NCBI GenBank assembly: GCA_945898015.1
Contig: CAMDGM010000018.1
Span: forward strand, 4,522 to 68,521
From: PVC group bacterium
Lineage (GTDB): Bacteria > Verrucomicrobiota > Kiritimatiellia > CAIKKV01
Length of the DNA stretch: 64,000 bases
Reading direction: 5' to 3'
Part shown: piece by piece, positions 20,378 to 29,300 of the stretch
How the letters are laid out: each line of letters begins with the position of its first letter
Position numbering within the stretch: position 1 is the stretch's first letter
The notes under the pieces: generated by a model
The model's database searches: none
Told to the model about the DNA's origin: nothing
Seen by the model: the letters and a program-made list of their open reading frames with translations, nothing else
Translations under genes and position numbers: made by a program

Positions 20378-22057
20378 TTATTTTTTCCGGGCTGTTTTTT
20401 GAAGCATTTCCCGTGCGTGCTGAAGGACGACGCTGGTCAAGCCCTTGCCGCCGAGCATGCGGGCGATTTCCTCGGCCCGGGCCGGTTCATCCAGGGGATC
20501 AATGGAAGATCGGGTGCGGTCCGCGGTAACGGTTTTCCGCACCGCGTAATGATGACCGCCGTGGACCGCCACCTGCGGCATATGCGTGATGGCGATCACC
20601 TGATGGGTCGTGGCCAGTTCCGCAAGTTTGCGGCCGACAGCGGTGGCGGTTTCGCCCCCGATGTTGGCATCGATTTCATCGAACACCAGGACGGGGATGC
20701 GGTCATGGGCCGCCAATACGGATTTGACGGCGAGCATAACCCGGGAAATTTCACCGCTGGAAGCAATGGCGCGAAGTGGGCGCGAGGGTTCGCCGGGATT
20801 GGGGGCAAATCCGAACTCCACGGTTTCCATGCCGGCGGGGGCCGGGTCCACGTCGGTCAACGTCACGTCGAATCCCGAGCGGGCAAAGCCCAGATCGCGA
20901 AGTTGGGCGGTGATGGCTTCAGCCAGTTTCCGGGCCGCGTCTTTTCTTTTCCCCCTCAATTTCATGCCCGCTTGACGGAGTTTGGCGGTGACGGACACCT
21001 CCTGTTTGTTCAGCTCCGCTATCCGTTCATGCCGAGTCTGGAGTTCGTGCAATCGCGTTTTCGCGACGTCCCGGCGGTGGATCAATTCGGCCGTGGGGAC
21101 GCCATACTTGCGTTTTAAGCGATGGTACAAGGCCATGCGGTCCTCGACCCATTGCAGTCGGGCGGGATCGGCGTCGATGGCCTGGGCGTAGGCGGCAATC
21201 GTGGAGGCGAGTTCTTTGACCAGGATGGCCGCGCGCCGGGCCTCCTCTTTCCACACGATGGCCTGGGGAAGGGCGGGTGATAACCGGTCGAGCATCTGCT
21301 GGGTTGCGACCAGGGCTTGGAATGCGGAGGCGTCGCCTTCCGCCAGGGCATCCAGGAGGCCCGTGGTTGATTCTAACGCCTGCTGGGCGCTGGCGGCACC
21401 CGCATGTTCGAGGATCAAGGCTTCGTCTTCACCCGCTTCCAGGTTGGCGTCCTCGAGCTCTTTGACCTCGAAAGTGAGAAAGTCGAGTTCCCGGGCGAAT
21501 GACTGCTCGTCCCCTTCCAGGTCGCGTCGCCGGGCGGCGAGATCGCGCTGTTCACGATACAGGGTGTCGTAGGGGGCGCGGGAGGAGTCGAGATGGCCGA
21601 AGGCGTCCAGCAGGTGGAGTTGATAGTCCGGGCTGAGCAAGGACTGGTGGTCATGGGGGCCATGCATGTCCACCAGTAAATCGCCAAGGCGTTTGAGGGC
21701 CTGAAGGGTGACGGGTGAATCATTGACGAGATTCCGGCCGCCGCCGGCGGCGGAGAGGGTGCGGCGCAACACCAGCTGGCCGTGGTCGGTGGGTTCGAGT
21801 TCCAGTTCACGCAGCAGGGCGTCCACGGAGGCGGCGTCTACCAGGGTGAGCGAAGCCTCCACGAGGCACTGGTCTGCCCCGGCCCGGATAAGCGATTTAT
21901 CGGCCCGTTCGCCGACGAGCAATCCGAGGGCGCCCATGATGATTGATTTCCCTGCGCCTGTCTCCCCGGTCAGCACGGTAAACCCGGACTTGAACTCGAC
22001 GGATAGTTCCTCGACGAGTGCGAGATGGCGGATTCTGAGAGTCTGCAGCATGTCCAT
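20378..22057 (-). CDS. recN: DNA repair protein RecN
   Basis: N-terminus LQTLRIRHLALVEELSVEF...LTGETGAGKSIIMGAL. A long coiled-coil follows. The C-terminus has SGGEISRVMLA and VLVFDEIDANIGG. Confidence 0.95.
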   Translation of the reverse strand: MDMLQTLRIRHLALVEELSVEFKSGFTVLTGETGAGKSIIMGALGLLVGERADKSLIRAGADQCLVEASLTLVDAASVDALLRELELEPTDHGQLVLRRTLSAAGGGRNLVNDSPVTLQALKRLGDLLVDMHGPHDHQSLLSPDYQLHLLDAFGHLDSSRAPYDTLYREQRDLAARRRDLEGDEQSFARELDFLTFEVKELEDANLEAGEDEALILEHAGAASAQQALESTTGLLDALAEGDASAFQALVATQQMLDRLSPALPQAIVWKEEARRAAILVKELASTIAAYAQAIDADPARLQWVEDRMALYHRLKRKYGVPTAELIHRRDVAKTRLHELQTRHERIAELNKQEVSVTAKLRQAGMKLRGKRKDAARKLAEAITAQLRDLGFARSGFDVTLTDVDPAPAGMETVEFGFAPNPGEPSRPLRAIASSGEISRVMLAVKSVLAAHDRIPVLVFDEIDANIGGETATAVGRKLAELATTHQVIAITHMPQVAVHGGHHYAVRKTVTADRTRSSIDPLDEPARAEEIARMLGGKGLTSVVLQHAREMLQKTARKK

Positions 22058-22085
22058 ATCCTATTGATGCGCGTCGCGCTGTCAA
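22058..22085 (-). promoter_or_regulatory. Sigma-70-type promoter candidate abutting the recN start
   Basis: The minus strand reads TTGACA (22085-22080), a 16-nt spacer, then TAGGAT (22063-22058), immediately followed by ATGGACATG. Confidence 0.3.
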
Positions 22086-22229
22086 GACTCGTTAGATCGG
22101 CACCAGGGCAAACGCATCAAAAAACCGTTCAACCGGCCAAAAACTGGCATGGTTCTTGATTGGGCGGGTCCTCCAGTGCCGCAGAGTAGGCCCTGATCCG
22201 GTCGGCACCGGCCTCTGAACGGGCCGCCG

Positions 22230-22502
22230 CTAGGCGCGCCGCCCGGCGCGCGGAGCGGCTCTCCGCCGCGCTTCCCCCGCGCGGTTTCGCCCGTTCGCCG
22301 GCTCGGTTCCGGCCGGGGGCCTCCTACGCGGCCCGGCCGACCCGCCCTTCTGCCGCTCCAGGTGCCGACGCGTCTCTTGGATGACCTGCTCGCTATAGGC
22401 CCGCACGAGGGCCATGAACCTGTTATACCCCGCTATGGCCTCCCGAAGGAGCGCGACCTGGGTGGCCGGCACGTAGCGAACCCGGTTACGCCCCACCGAC
22501 AC
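22230..22502 (-). pseudogene. Possible decayed DUF6788-like small ORF (Arg-rich tail)
   Basis: The segment RVRYVPATQVALLREAIAGYNRFMALVRAYSEQVIQE resembles the C-terminal half of DUF6788-type small proteins as I remember them. The usual N-terminal Cys-rich part is missing. There is no ATG start. A separate 15-codon ORF (MKKTKSLPGSLLRRA, 22556-22603) behind a strong GGAAAGGAGG lies upstream in another frame. Confidence 0.25.
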
Positions 22503-22614
22503 CCCTGCAAGCCCCTTTTTCCCGCGGGCTCTCCGCTCCCGGCCGGTTCCCCGGCTCAGGCGCGCCTCAAAAGCGATCCCGGCAGGCTCTTGGTTTTTTT
22601 CATGCGTTTGCCCT

Positions 22615-22775
22615 GACCTCCTTTCCTAGTCAACTGTGATTCAGACAATGGGGAGTCGGGCTGCTTCTGCGGGTTACGCTGTTTCGGGCGTCCCCTGGCT
22701 GGCGCTTTTCCGCGCTGGGGGCTTCCGGCTGGAGGCGCCGGGACCATTATTCCACGTCACCTCGCCGTCAGCCCC
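22615..22775 (+). repeat. Dispersed repeat, copy A (upstream of kup, same orientation as kup)
   Basis: The copy runs from ACCTCCTTTCCTAGTCAACTGTGATTCAGACAATGGGGAGTCGGGCTGCTTCTGCGGGTT to CCTCGCCGTCAGCCCC. It matches the reverse complement of 36572-36730. By hand alignment there are about 13 differences in about 160 nt. The first 94 nt differ at one position (22675). Confidence 0.85.
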
Positions 22776-23120
22776 CAGCATCGAATAATCGCCTCGCCAT
22801 GGTCCGCCTATTCGAAACAGCATAACCCCATCGCCATCGCGCGCCCACGGCTCTGCCGAGCACGTTCGGGCGGTCCATCGACTCCGCTCAGGACAGGCGC
22901 GCGAGATGGCTTCCAACAAAAGCCCATGAGACCAAGTCTCGACTCTTGGAACGCCAACAATATAACTGCGGGCTTGACACGGGAACCGCCACGTAACCCT
23001 ACAATCCGCCCTTTCCATCATTGCCGGCTTCACGTCCCACCTTCAAAATGCCCGCCAAAGGTAAAGACCATGGATCATTTCCAGTGATCATTCTTGCGTT
23101 GTTGAGCCCGATTAGGCATC

Positions 23121-25082
23121 ATGCTCGGCATTGAAATGAATTCGCCACCCTCACCTGATCCGGCTGGAAATGACGCATCCCCCTTGAAGCGTGTTGTGCC
23201 TTCAAAAAGGGGGGCAAGAAGCGCTCTTTCTGTGTTGTCTCTGGCCGCCCTTGGGGTGGTGTATGGGGATATCGGAACCAGTCCCCTTTATGCCTTTCGC
23301 CTCTGCTTTAATGAAGCGACCCCGCCTACGGAAGCCGCCATATTGGGCGTGCTTTCCCTGATCTTCTGGTCGTTGGCGGGTTTGATTTCCATTAAATATC
23401 TGACGCTTGTTCTCCGGGCCGACAATCGTGGCGAAGGCGGTATTTTGGCCTTGATGGCGCTGGTGCGGAAAGACAAGCCCGATTATGGGACGAAGGCCGG
23501 TTTCATTATTGTGGCCGTCGGGTTGTTTGGGGCGGCCTTGCTCTACGGCGATGGATTGATTACCCCGGCTATTTCGGTGTTAAGTGCGGTGGAGGGGCTT
23601 GAAGTGGCTTCGCCGCGATTTTCCTCTTTTGTGATTCCCATCTCCGTCGCGCTCCTGATTGGCCTTTTTTGGGTTCAAAAGCACGGCACGCAGCGTGTGG
23701 GGTCTGTTTTTGGTCCGATTATGTTGATCTGGTTCATTACCCTGGGAGCTCTGGGGTTGCCCCACATTGTGCACATGCCGCATGTGTTGAGCGCCATTAA
23801 CCCGGAGTATGCGGTTCGTTTTTTTGTGGATCACAAGGTTCACGCCTTTGTGACCATGGGAACGATTTTCCTCTGTCTGACCGGGGGCGAGGATCTTTAT
23901 CTGGACATGGGGCATTTCGGCCGTTTGCCCATTCGGATCGGCTGGTTTTTCATTGTCCTCCCCTGTCTGCTGATCAACTATTTCGGGCAAGGGGCGTTTT
24001 TGCTGGCCCATGGACTGGGGCAAGCCGACACCTCCAATTTGCTTTATCATTTGGCGCCGGCTTGGGCGCTGTATCCGTTGGTTATCCTGGCCACGTTGGC
24101 GACCATCATCGCTTCGCAAGCGGTGATCTCGGGTGCCTATTCACTCACCCGGCAAGCGATGCAGCTCGGGTTTTGTCCCCGGATGACCATTGTCCACACG
24201 TCGGAAAGCACCATTGGCCAGGTTTATCTTCCCGCCGTTAACGTCATGCTTCTGGTCGGCACCCTCTCGCTGGTGATCGGCTTCCGAAGCTCGGACAGCC
24301 TGGCCGGCGCCTACGGTTTGGCGGTTTCCATGACCATGATGCTCACGTCCGTGATGATGACGATTTTCATCCTTCGTCATTGGAAGTGGAATCCTCTGCT
24401 TGCCGCGCTGGTCATGATTCCGATCTTCACGTTTGACCTGACATTCTTCACGTCCAATGCGCTCAAATTCAAGTCCGGCGGATGGGTTGGCCTCGCGGTC
24501 GCCATCATCACGTTCATTTTCATGATCACCTGGCATAAAGGGCGTGAGGCGCTTGGGCGTAAACTCATGGACGAAAGCCTGCCGTTGCCGCTATTCATTG
24601 AAGATATCAAGCGGAACAATCCCCTCCGGGTTCCGGGAACCGCGGTGTTCATGACGGGTGCGGTCAACATCGCGCCTCGTACGTTGTTGCACAATTTCAA
24701 GCACAACAAGGTTCTGCACAAGAATGTCGTTCTGCTGACCATTAAAAACGAAGAACAACCTCGCATTGCCGAATCCGATCGGGTCCAGATCCAAAGGATG
24801 GATGAGTCGTTCACGCTGATTACGATCCGGTATGGCTTCAGTGAGAATCCCGATTTGTCGGCGTTGTTTGGCAAGATTAAAGTCGAGGGGCTTGATCTGA
24901 CGCCCAGCAAAGTCACTTTTTTCCTGGGCCGCGAAACATTGATTCTGGTGCCCGGTGGCGCCATGTGGCCCTGGCGCAAACAGCTCTTCGCTTTCCTTTC
25001 GAAAAATGCACTGGATGCCTCCCGGTTTTTCAACATTCCGCCCAACCGTGTCATTGAAGTGGGGATTCAGGTTGAGTTGTGA
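23121..25082 (+). CDS. kup: Potassium uptake transporter Kup (KUP/HAK/KT family)
   Basis: LAALGVVYGDIGTSPLYAF signature. There are about 12 TM helices and a C-terminal cytoplasmic domain. Length is 653 aa. Confidence 0.95.
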   Translation: MLGIEMNSPPSPDPAGNDASPLKRVVPSKRGARSALSVLSLAALGVVYGDIGTSPLYAFRLCFNEATPPTEAAILGVLSLIFWSLAGLISIKYLTLVLRADNRGEGGILALMALVRKDKPDYGTKAGFIIVAVGLFGAALLYGDGLITPAISVLSAVEGLEVASPRFSSFVIPISVALLIGLFWVQKHGTQRVGSVFGPIMLIWFITLGALGLPHIVHMPHVLSAINPEYAVRFFVDHKVHAFVTMGTIFLCLTGGEDLYLDMGHFGRLPIRIGWFFIVLPCLLINYFGQGAFLLAHGLGQADTSNLLYHLAPAWALYPLVILATLATIIASQAVISGAYSLTRQAMQLGFCPRMTIVHTSESTIGQVYLPAVNVMLLVGTLSLVIGFRSSDSLAGAYGLAVSMTMMLTSVMMTIFILRHWKWNPLLAALVMIPIFTFDLTFFTSNALKFKSGGWVGLAVAIITFIFMITWHKGREALGRKLMDESLPLPLFIEDIKRNNPLRVPGTAVFMTGAVNIAPRTLLHNFKHNKVLHKNVVLLTIKNEEQPRIAESDRVQIQRMDESFTLITIRYGFSENPDLSALFGKIKVEGLDLTPSKVTFFLGRETLILVPGGAMWPWRKQLFAFLSKNALDASRFFNIPPNRVIEVGIQVEL

Positions 25083-25106
25083 GGGGCCTCTAGGTCAGGA
25101 GGGATA

Positions 25107-26363
25107 ATGATGCACGATCTTCTTCCAGTGTTGGTGTTCGTCATGGGCGCCGCCGCGGGGGTGTGCGCCGGATGGTTCGTCCGCGGCCGGATTTCGACGG
25201 CCCAGGCAACGGGCAGCGACGCCGCTTCGGCCGAGCGGCTGAAAGCCGAGGAGTCGCTTCATGCGCAAGCCCTGGAGGCCATGCACAGCCAGTTCAGGGC
25301 CCTCAGCACGGACGCGCTTCGGGAAAGCCGCGAGGAATTCATTCGTCAGGCGGAGAGCACGTTCCTCCGCTATCAGCAGGCGGCGGGCGGCGATCTGGAT
25401 AAGCGCCGCGACGCCATTCAGGCCTTCCTGGCGCCGCTCGAGGAGCAGCTCAAAATATATCAGTCCCGCCTTCAGCAAAGCGACTCCGAGCAGTCCCGGA
25501 CGCTGGGGGAGGTTCGCAAGCAACTCGAAGCCCTGACCCAGAACAGCCAGAACCTGGCCGTCGAGACCCAGCAGTTTCGCATGGTGCTCAAGTCCAGTCA
25601 GGCGCGGGGCCGATGGGGAGAAGAAACCCTGCGCCGGGTGGTCGAGGCCGCGGGTATGAGCCCGCATTGTGATTTTTCCGAGCAGACCAGCGTGGAAGAC
25701 TCCCGCCCCGACATGGTCGTCCGCCTTCCCGGAAACCGGGTGATTGTCGTGGACGCGAAGGTTCCGGAATTCGATGCCGCCGCCATGCAGGGCGCGTCCG
25801 ATCCTCAAAGTCGGGCGATTTTCCTGTCCGAGCACGCCAAGAAGTTGAAAACGACGATCCGGCAACTGTCGGCCCGGGATTACCCGGCGCGGTTCCCGAA
25901 CGCCCTCGATTATGTGGTGCTTTTTCTCCCCGCCGAGTCCCTGTTCAGCGCCGCCTTGGAGGGAGATTCGGAGCTGATTGTCTGGGCGGCCGAACAGCGG
26001 GTGATGCTGGCCACGCCCGCGTCGCTGATTGCCTTGTTGCGGGCGGTGTCCCTGAGCTGGCAGCAATTTGCCCAGACGGAAAACGCCCGTGTGATCGCGC
26101 AGGAAGCCGGCGAGCTGTTCACGCGGGTGGAGAAGTTTATGGACCACGTGGGAAAAATTGGACTCGCGTTGAATAAGGCCAGCGATGCCTACCGCGAGGC
26201 TGCCGGCAGTTATGAAAAACGCGTCCGTCCCGCCGGCGACCGGATTTGCAAGCTGTTGGGCCGGACCGAATCCCTGCCTGATCTTAAAGCCGGCGGCTCG
26301 GTTTCGCCAATCGCCTTGCCGGAGGCAGGTAATCCGTCCACCGGATCAGTGAATTCGCCATGA
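25107..26363 (+). CDS. rmuC: DNA recombination protein RmuC
   Basis: N-terminal TM, a long coiled-coil, and a C-terminal nuclease-like core (PDMVVRLPGNRVIVVDAKVP...DYVVLFLPAESLFSAAL). Confidence 0.9.
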   Translation: MMHDLLPVLVFVMGAAAGVCAGWFVRGRISTAQATGSDAASAERLKAEESLHAQALEAMHSQFRALSTDALRESREEFIRQAESTFLRYQQAAGGDLDKRRDAIQAFLAPLEEQLKIYQSRLQQSDSEQSRTLGEVRKQLEALTQNSQNLAVETQQFRMVLKSSQARGRWGEETLRRVVEAAGMSPHCDFSEQTSVEDSRPDMVVRLPGNRVIVVDAKVPEFDAAAMQGASDPQSRAIFLSEHAKKLKTTIRQLSARDYPARFPNALDYVVLFLPAESLFSAALEGDSELIVWAAEQRVMLATPASLIALLRAVSLSWQQFAQTENARVIAQEAGELFTRVEKFMDHVGKIGLALNKASDAYREAAGSYEKRVRPAGDRICKLLGRTESLPDLKAGGSVSPIALPEAGNPSTGSVNSP

Positions 26364-29300
26364 AAACACGTCCCATCACTGTTCTTTTTTCGGGAGCCAG
26401 CCTGGCGGTCATTTTGGGGGTTTTGCTGGCCGTGGTATGGAGCGGGGTGTTTTTCGAAAAAATGATGGGGAATCAGGTCGATCTCATCCGCCAATCGCCT
26501 CGGACGGGATCCTGGCTGCGTGATCGGGAGAATCTGTGCTGGACCTTTTCCGATGCCATGACCTTGGATTCCGGCAGTGCGGCAGCCCCGGGCACGCTGA
26601 TCCTTCAGCCTCCGGTTCCGGGCAAGGCGGAATGGACTCATCCCAATGTGTTGACCTTTGTTCCGTTTGAAGCCTGGCCGGAGGGCCAGGCCATACGGGC
26701 GATGCTCAAGTTGCCGGCATCGCTGGCGGGGCGGCGTTTCAAGTCGACGGACTTTGTTTTTTACGGTTCGCCGCCGGTGATTGTTTCTGTGGCCCGTGTG
26801 GGTGAGGATCTTGTCGGTCGGACGCTGTCCCTTCGCGTACAGCTGAACCGGCCGCTTGCGGAAGCCGACTTTCGCCGGGGATTTGCGCTGACCGTGCCAG
26901 GCGGGACGGTGCCGTATACGATTGAGGAAAATGCGACGAACCAGCACTTCCTGATTCGTTCGGCCAGAGTCACGGACACGGGTGTTTTGGCGGTTTTTGA
27001 TGTCAGCCCTGAGCGTGGCGCGCCGCCCTTGCGAGTCTGGGAGAAATCGTTTCCCCTCGTGGAGCCCATGGAGGTTGTCCGCACGGAAATTCAGGAGGAA
27101 CGGGATGGCTTTGCAATCAAGACCACCTTTTCCCAGCCACCGGCTGGAGGGTGGAATGCGTTTCTCAGTTCAGCGCCATTCACCAATTTGACTGTGGAAT
27201 CCGGCACCGGCGCCACTGTTCGGATTCGGGGCTTCCAGCCCGCCAGTCAATATGAGCTCCTGTTCAAAAAGGGACTTCCAGGACGCAATGGTTCCGTGGT
27301 TACGCAAGACGTACGTCTAGGGCTTTGCATTCCTGTACTGAAAACCCGGCTAAATTTCCGTGATCGCGGTCACTATCTTTCTTCCGCCGGATCACGCAAG
27401 GTGGTCCTGGAGTCAGTCAATGTGGCGTCACTGAAGCTGGAAGTCTGGAGTGTTTACGCCAATAATTTCGTTGATTTTGCACGTTCCGGAACCCTTTATC
27501 AGGATGTCAATGAGGCTTGGGGCTGGAATGCGGCTGACCCCCAAGGGGATCTGGTCACGAATCGTATCATCAAAGTGGAATCCGGGAAAAATCAAGTTCG
27601 GACGACGATCGTGGACCTGTCGGAGTTAGTCGGCGGCAAGGATGAAGGGGTGTTTTATCTCGTGGCCGAGGGTGAGGGGAATGAAGGTCGGACGGCTCAC
27701 AAATTGGTCGTGTTGACTGATTTGGGACTGTCGGTGATCCGGCACGAGAACGAGGTGCTGGCCTGGGCCCTTTCTATTCGGAATGGAACGCCGGTAGACG
27801 GTGTTGAAATATCGGTGTTTTCCACAAAAAACCAGTTGATTGGAAAGGCCCTTACTGACGCTTCGGGTCTCGCGCGCATCGAAGCCTTTGGCATGCCGGC
27901 GTTGAGTGTGGTGACCGGCGTGAAGGAGTCGAGGCTTGCCATGGTGAAGCTCGACGAGTCCCGGGTCCAGGGGCCGGTCGATGTGTCGGATCGCCTTTTC
28001 CTGAAGTCTGGGTATGAAGCGTTCCTTTATGCGGATCGTGGCATTTACCGGCCTGGCGAAACCGCTCATGTCAAAGCCGTGGTCAGGGGCCCCCAACTCG
28101 CGTGTCCGGCGGCTTTTCCGGTGCAGCTGAAAATCGTCCGCCCGGATGGCGCCTTGTTTGCGCGCCTGACAGCCATTCTTTCCGTGGACGGTACGGCTGC
28201 CTTTGACCTGCCGTTCCCGGTCGAAGCGTTGACCGGTCGGTATACGCTTGAACTGGAAGCGGGTGGAGTGGAACAGGTCGCCGGGTCGATGTCTCTTCAA
28301 GTTGAGGATTTTGTTCCGCCCACGCTGGCGGTTTCCATCCAGGGGCCGACAAATCGCGTGACGCTCGGTCGGCCGATCTCCATCGCCGTGGAAGCGCGTC
28401 ACCTTTTCGGAAGTCCGGACGAGGGCGGGCGGGTTTCCGTGCGGGCACGCTTGGGGCCGGCTCCTTTCCGGCCGGCTTCGTATCCCGATTATTCATTTGG
28501 AGATCCTCGCAAGCCCGAGACGTGGAGGACTTTGGAGCTGGGCGAAAAACGGCTCGACGCCTCGGGGCTGGCGCGTTTCGAGGTGACGCTTCCCTCCGAT
28601 CTAAACCCGGCCTCGGCTTTGTCCTGCACTTTGGCCGCCACGGTGTTTGAAGACAGTGGAAGGGCGTGTCCCGCGACTGCCGCCTTTCCCGTGGACCCCC
28701 GGAGTTATTATATCGGCCTGAAACCGGCTCAATCGGACTGGAAGTCCGGGGAATCAATCCGCATGCAGGTCGTGGCCGTCCAGCCGGACGGCAGCCCGCA
28801 TCCGGCGGGTGACTTGACGTACAGTTTTTCCCGTATTACATGGAATTGGAGGGAAGAGGTGGATTCGGGCGGTCATTCCCAGTTCCGTTCTGACCGAATG
28901 GCAGAGTCGGTGCGTGATGGCGTCGTGTCGCCGTCGAATGGTTTGGCCGAGATCGTGTGGGAAAACGCGCAGGAAGGCGAATATGAGTTCAGGGTGGCGG
29001 AGGCGACGGGAGACGTCTCGGCTGCACTTGGTTTTTATGTGTCCGATGAAAGCGGTTGGTGCGGAAACGGGGCTCGTCAACCGGACCGTGTGTCGTTGAA
29101 ATTCGATCGCGACGGCTATCGGGCGGGCGACGAGGCGGTCGTGACGTTGCAGTCTCCCTTCCCGGGGCAGGTCCTGTTGACTCTTGAAAATGACCGAATC
29201 CGTTCGTCTCAGGCATTTCAGATGACCGGAACAACATGGGCGGTTCGTCTACCCGTAAAAGCCGACTATTGGCCCAATCTTTATGTCAGGGCTGTTGTGG

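Noticed and set aside
22145-22160. Sigma-54-like -24/-12 element TGGCAT-N5-TTGAT on the plus strand.
   Set aside because: The near-invariant GC of the -12 element is GA here. There is also no plus-strand gene for about 1 kb downstream.
22615-23120. Possible c-di-AMP (ydaO-type) or other known riboswitch in the long region upstream of the kup potassium transporter.
   Set aside because: I could not recognise the conserved ydaO core motifs by eye. The same element also precedes pckG, which does not fit a potassium- or c-di-AMP-specific riboswitch. A covariance-model search is needed to settle this.
25095-26147. 350-aa ORF antisense to rmuC.
   Set aside because: It is a shadow ORF opposite a well-supported gene, with no recognisable motifs.
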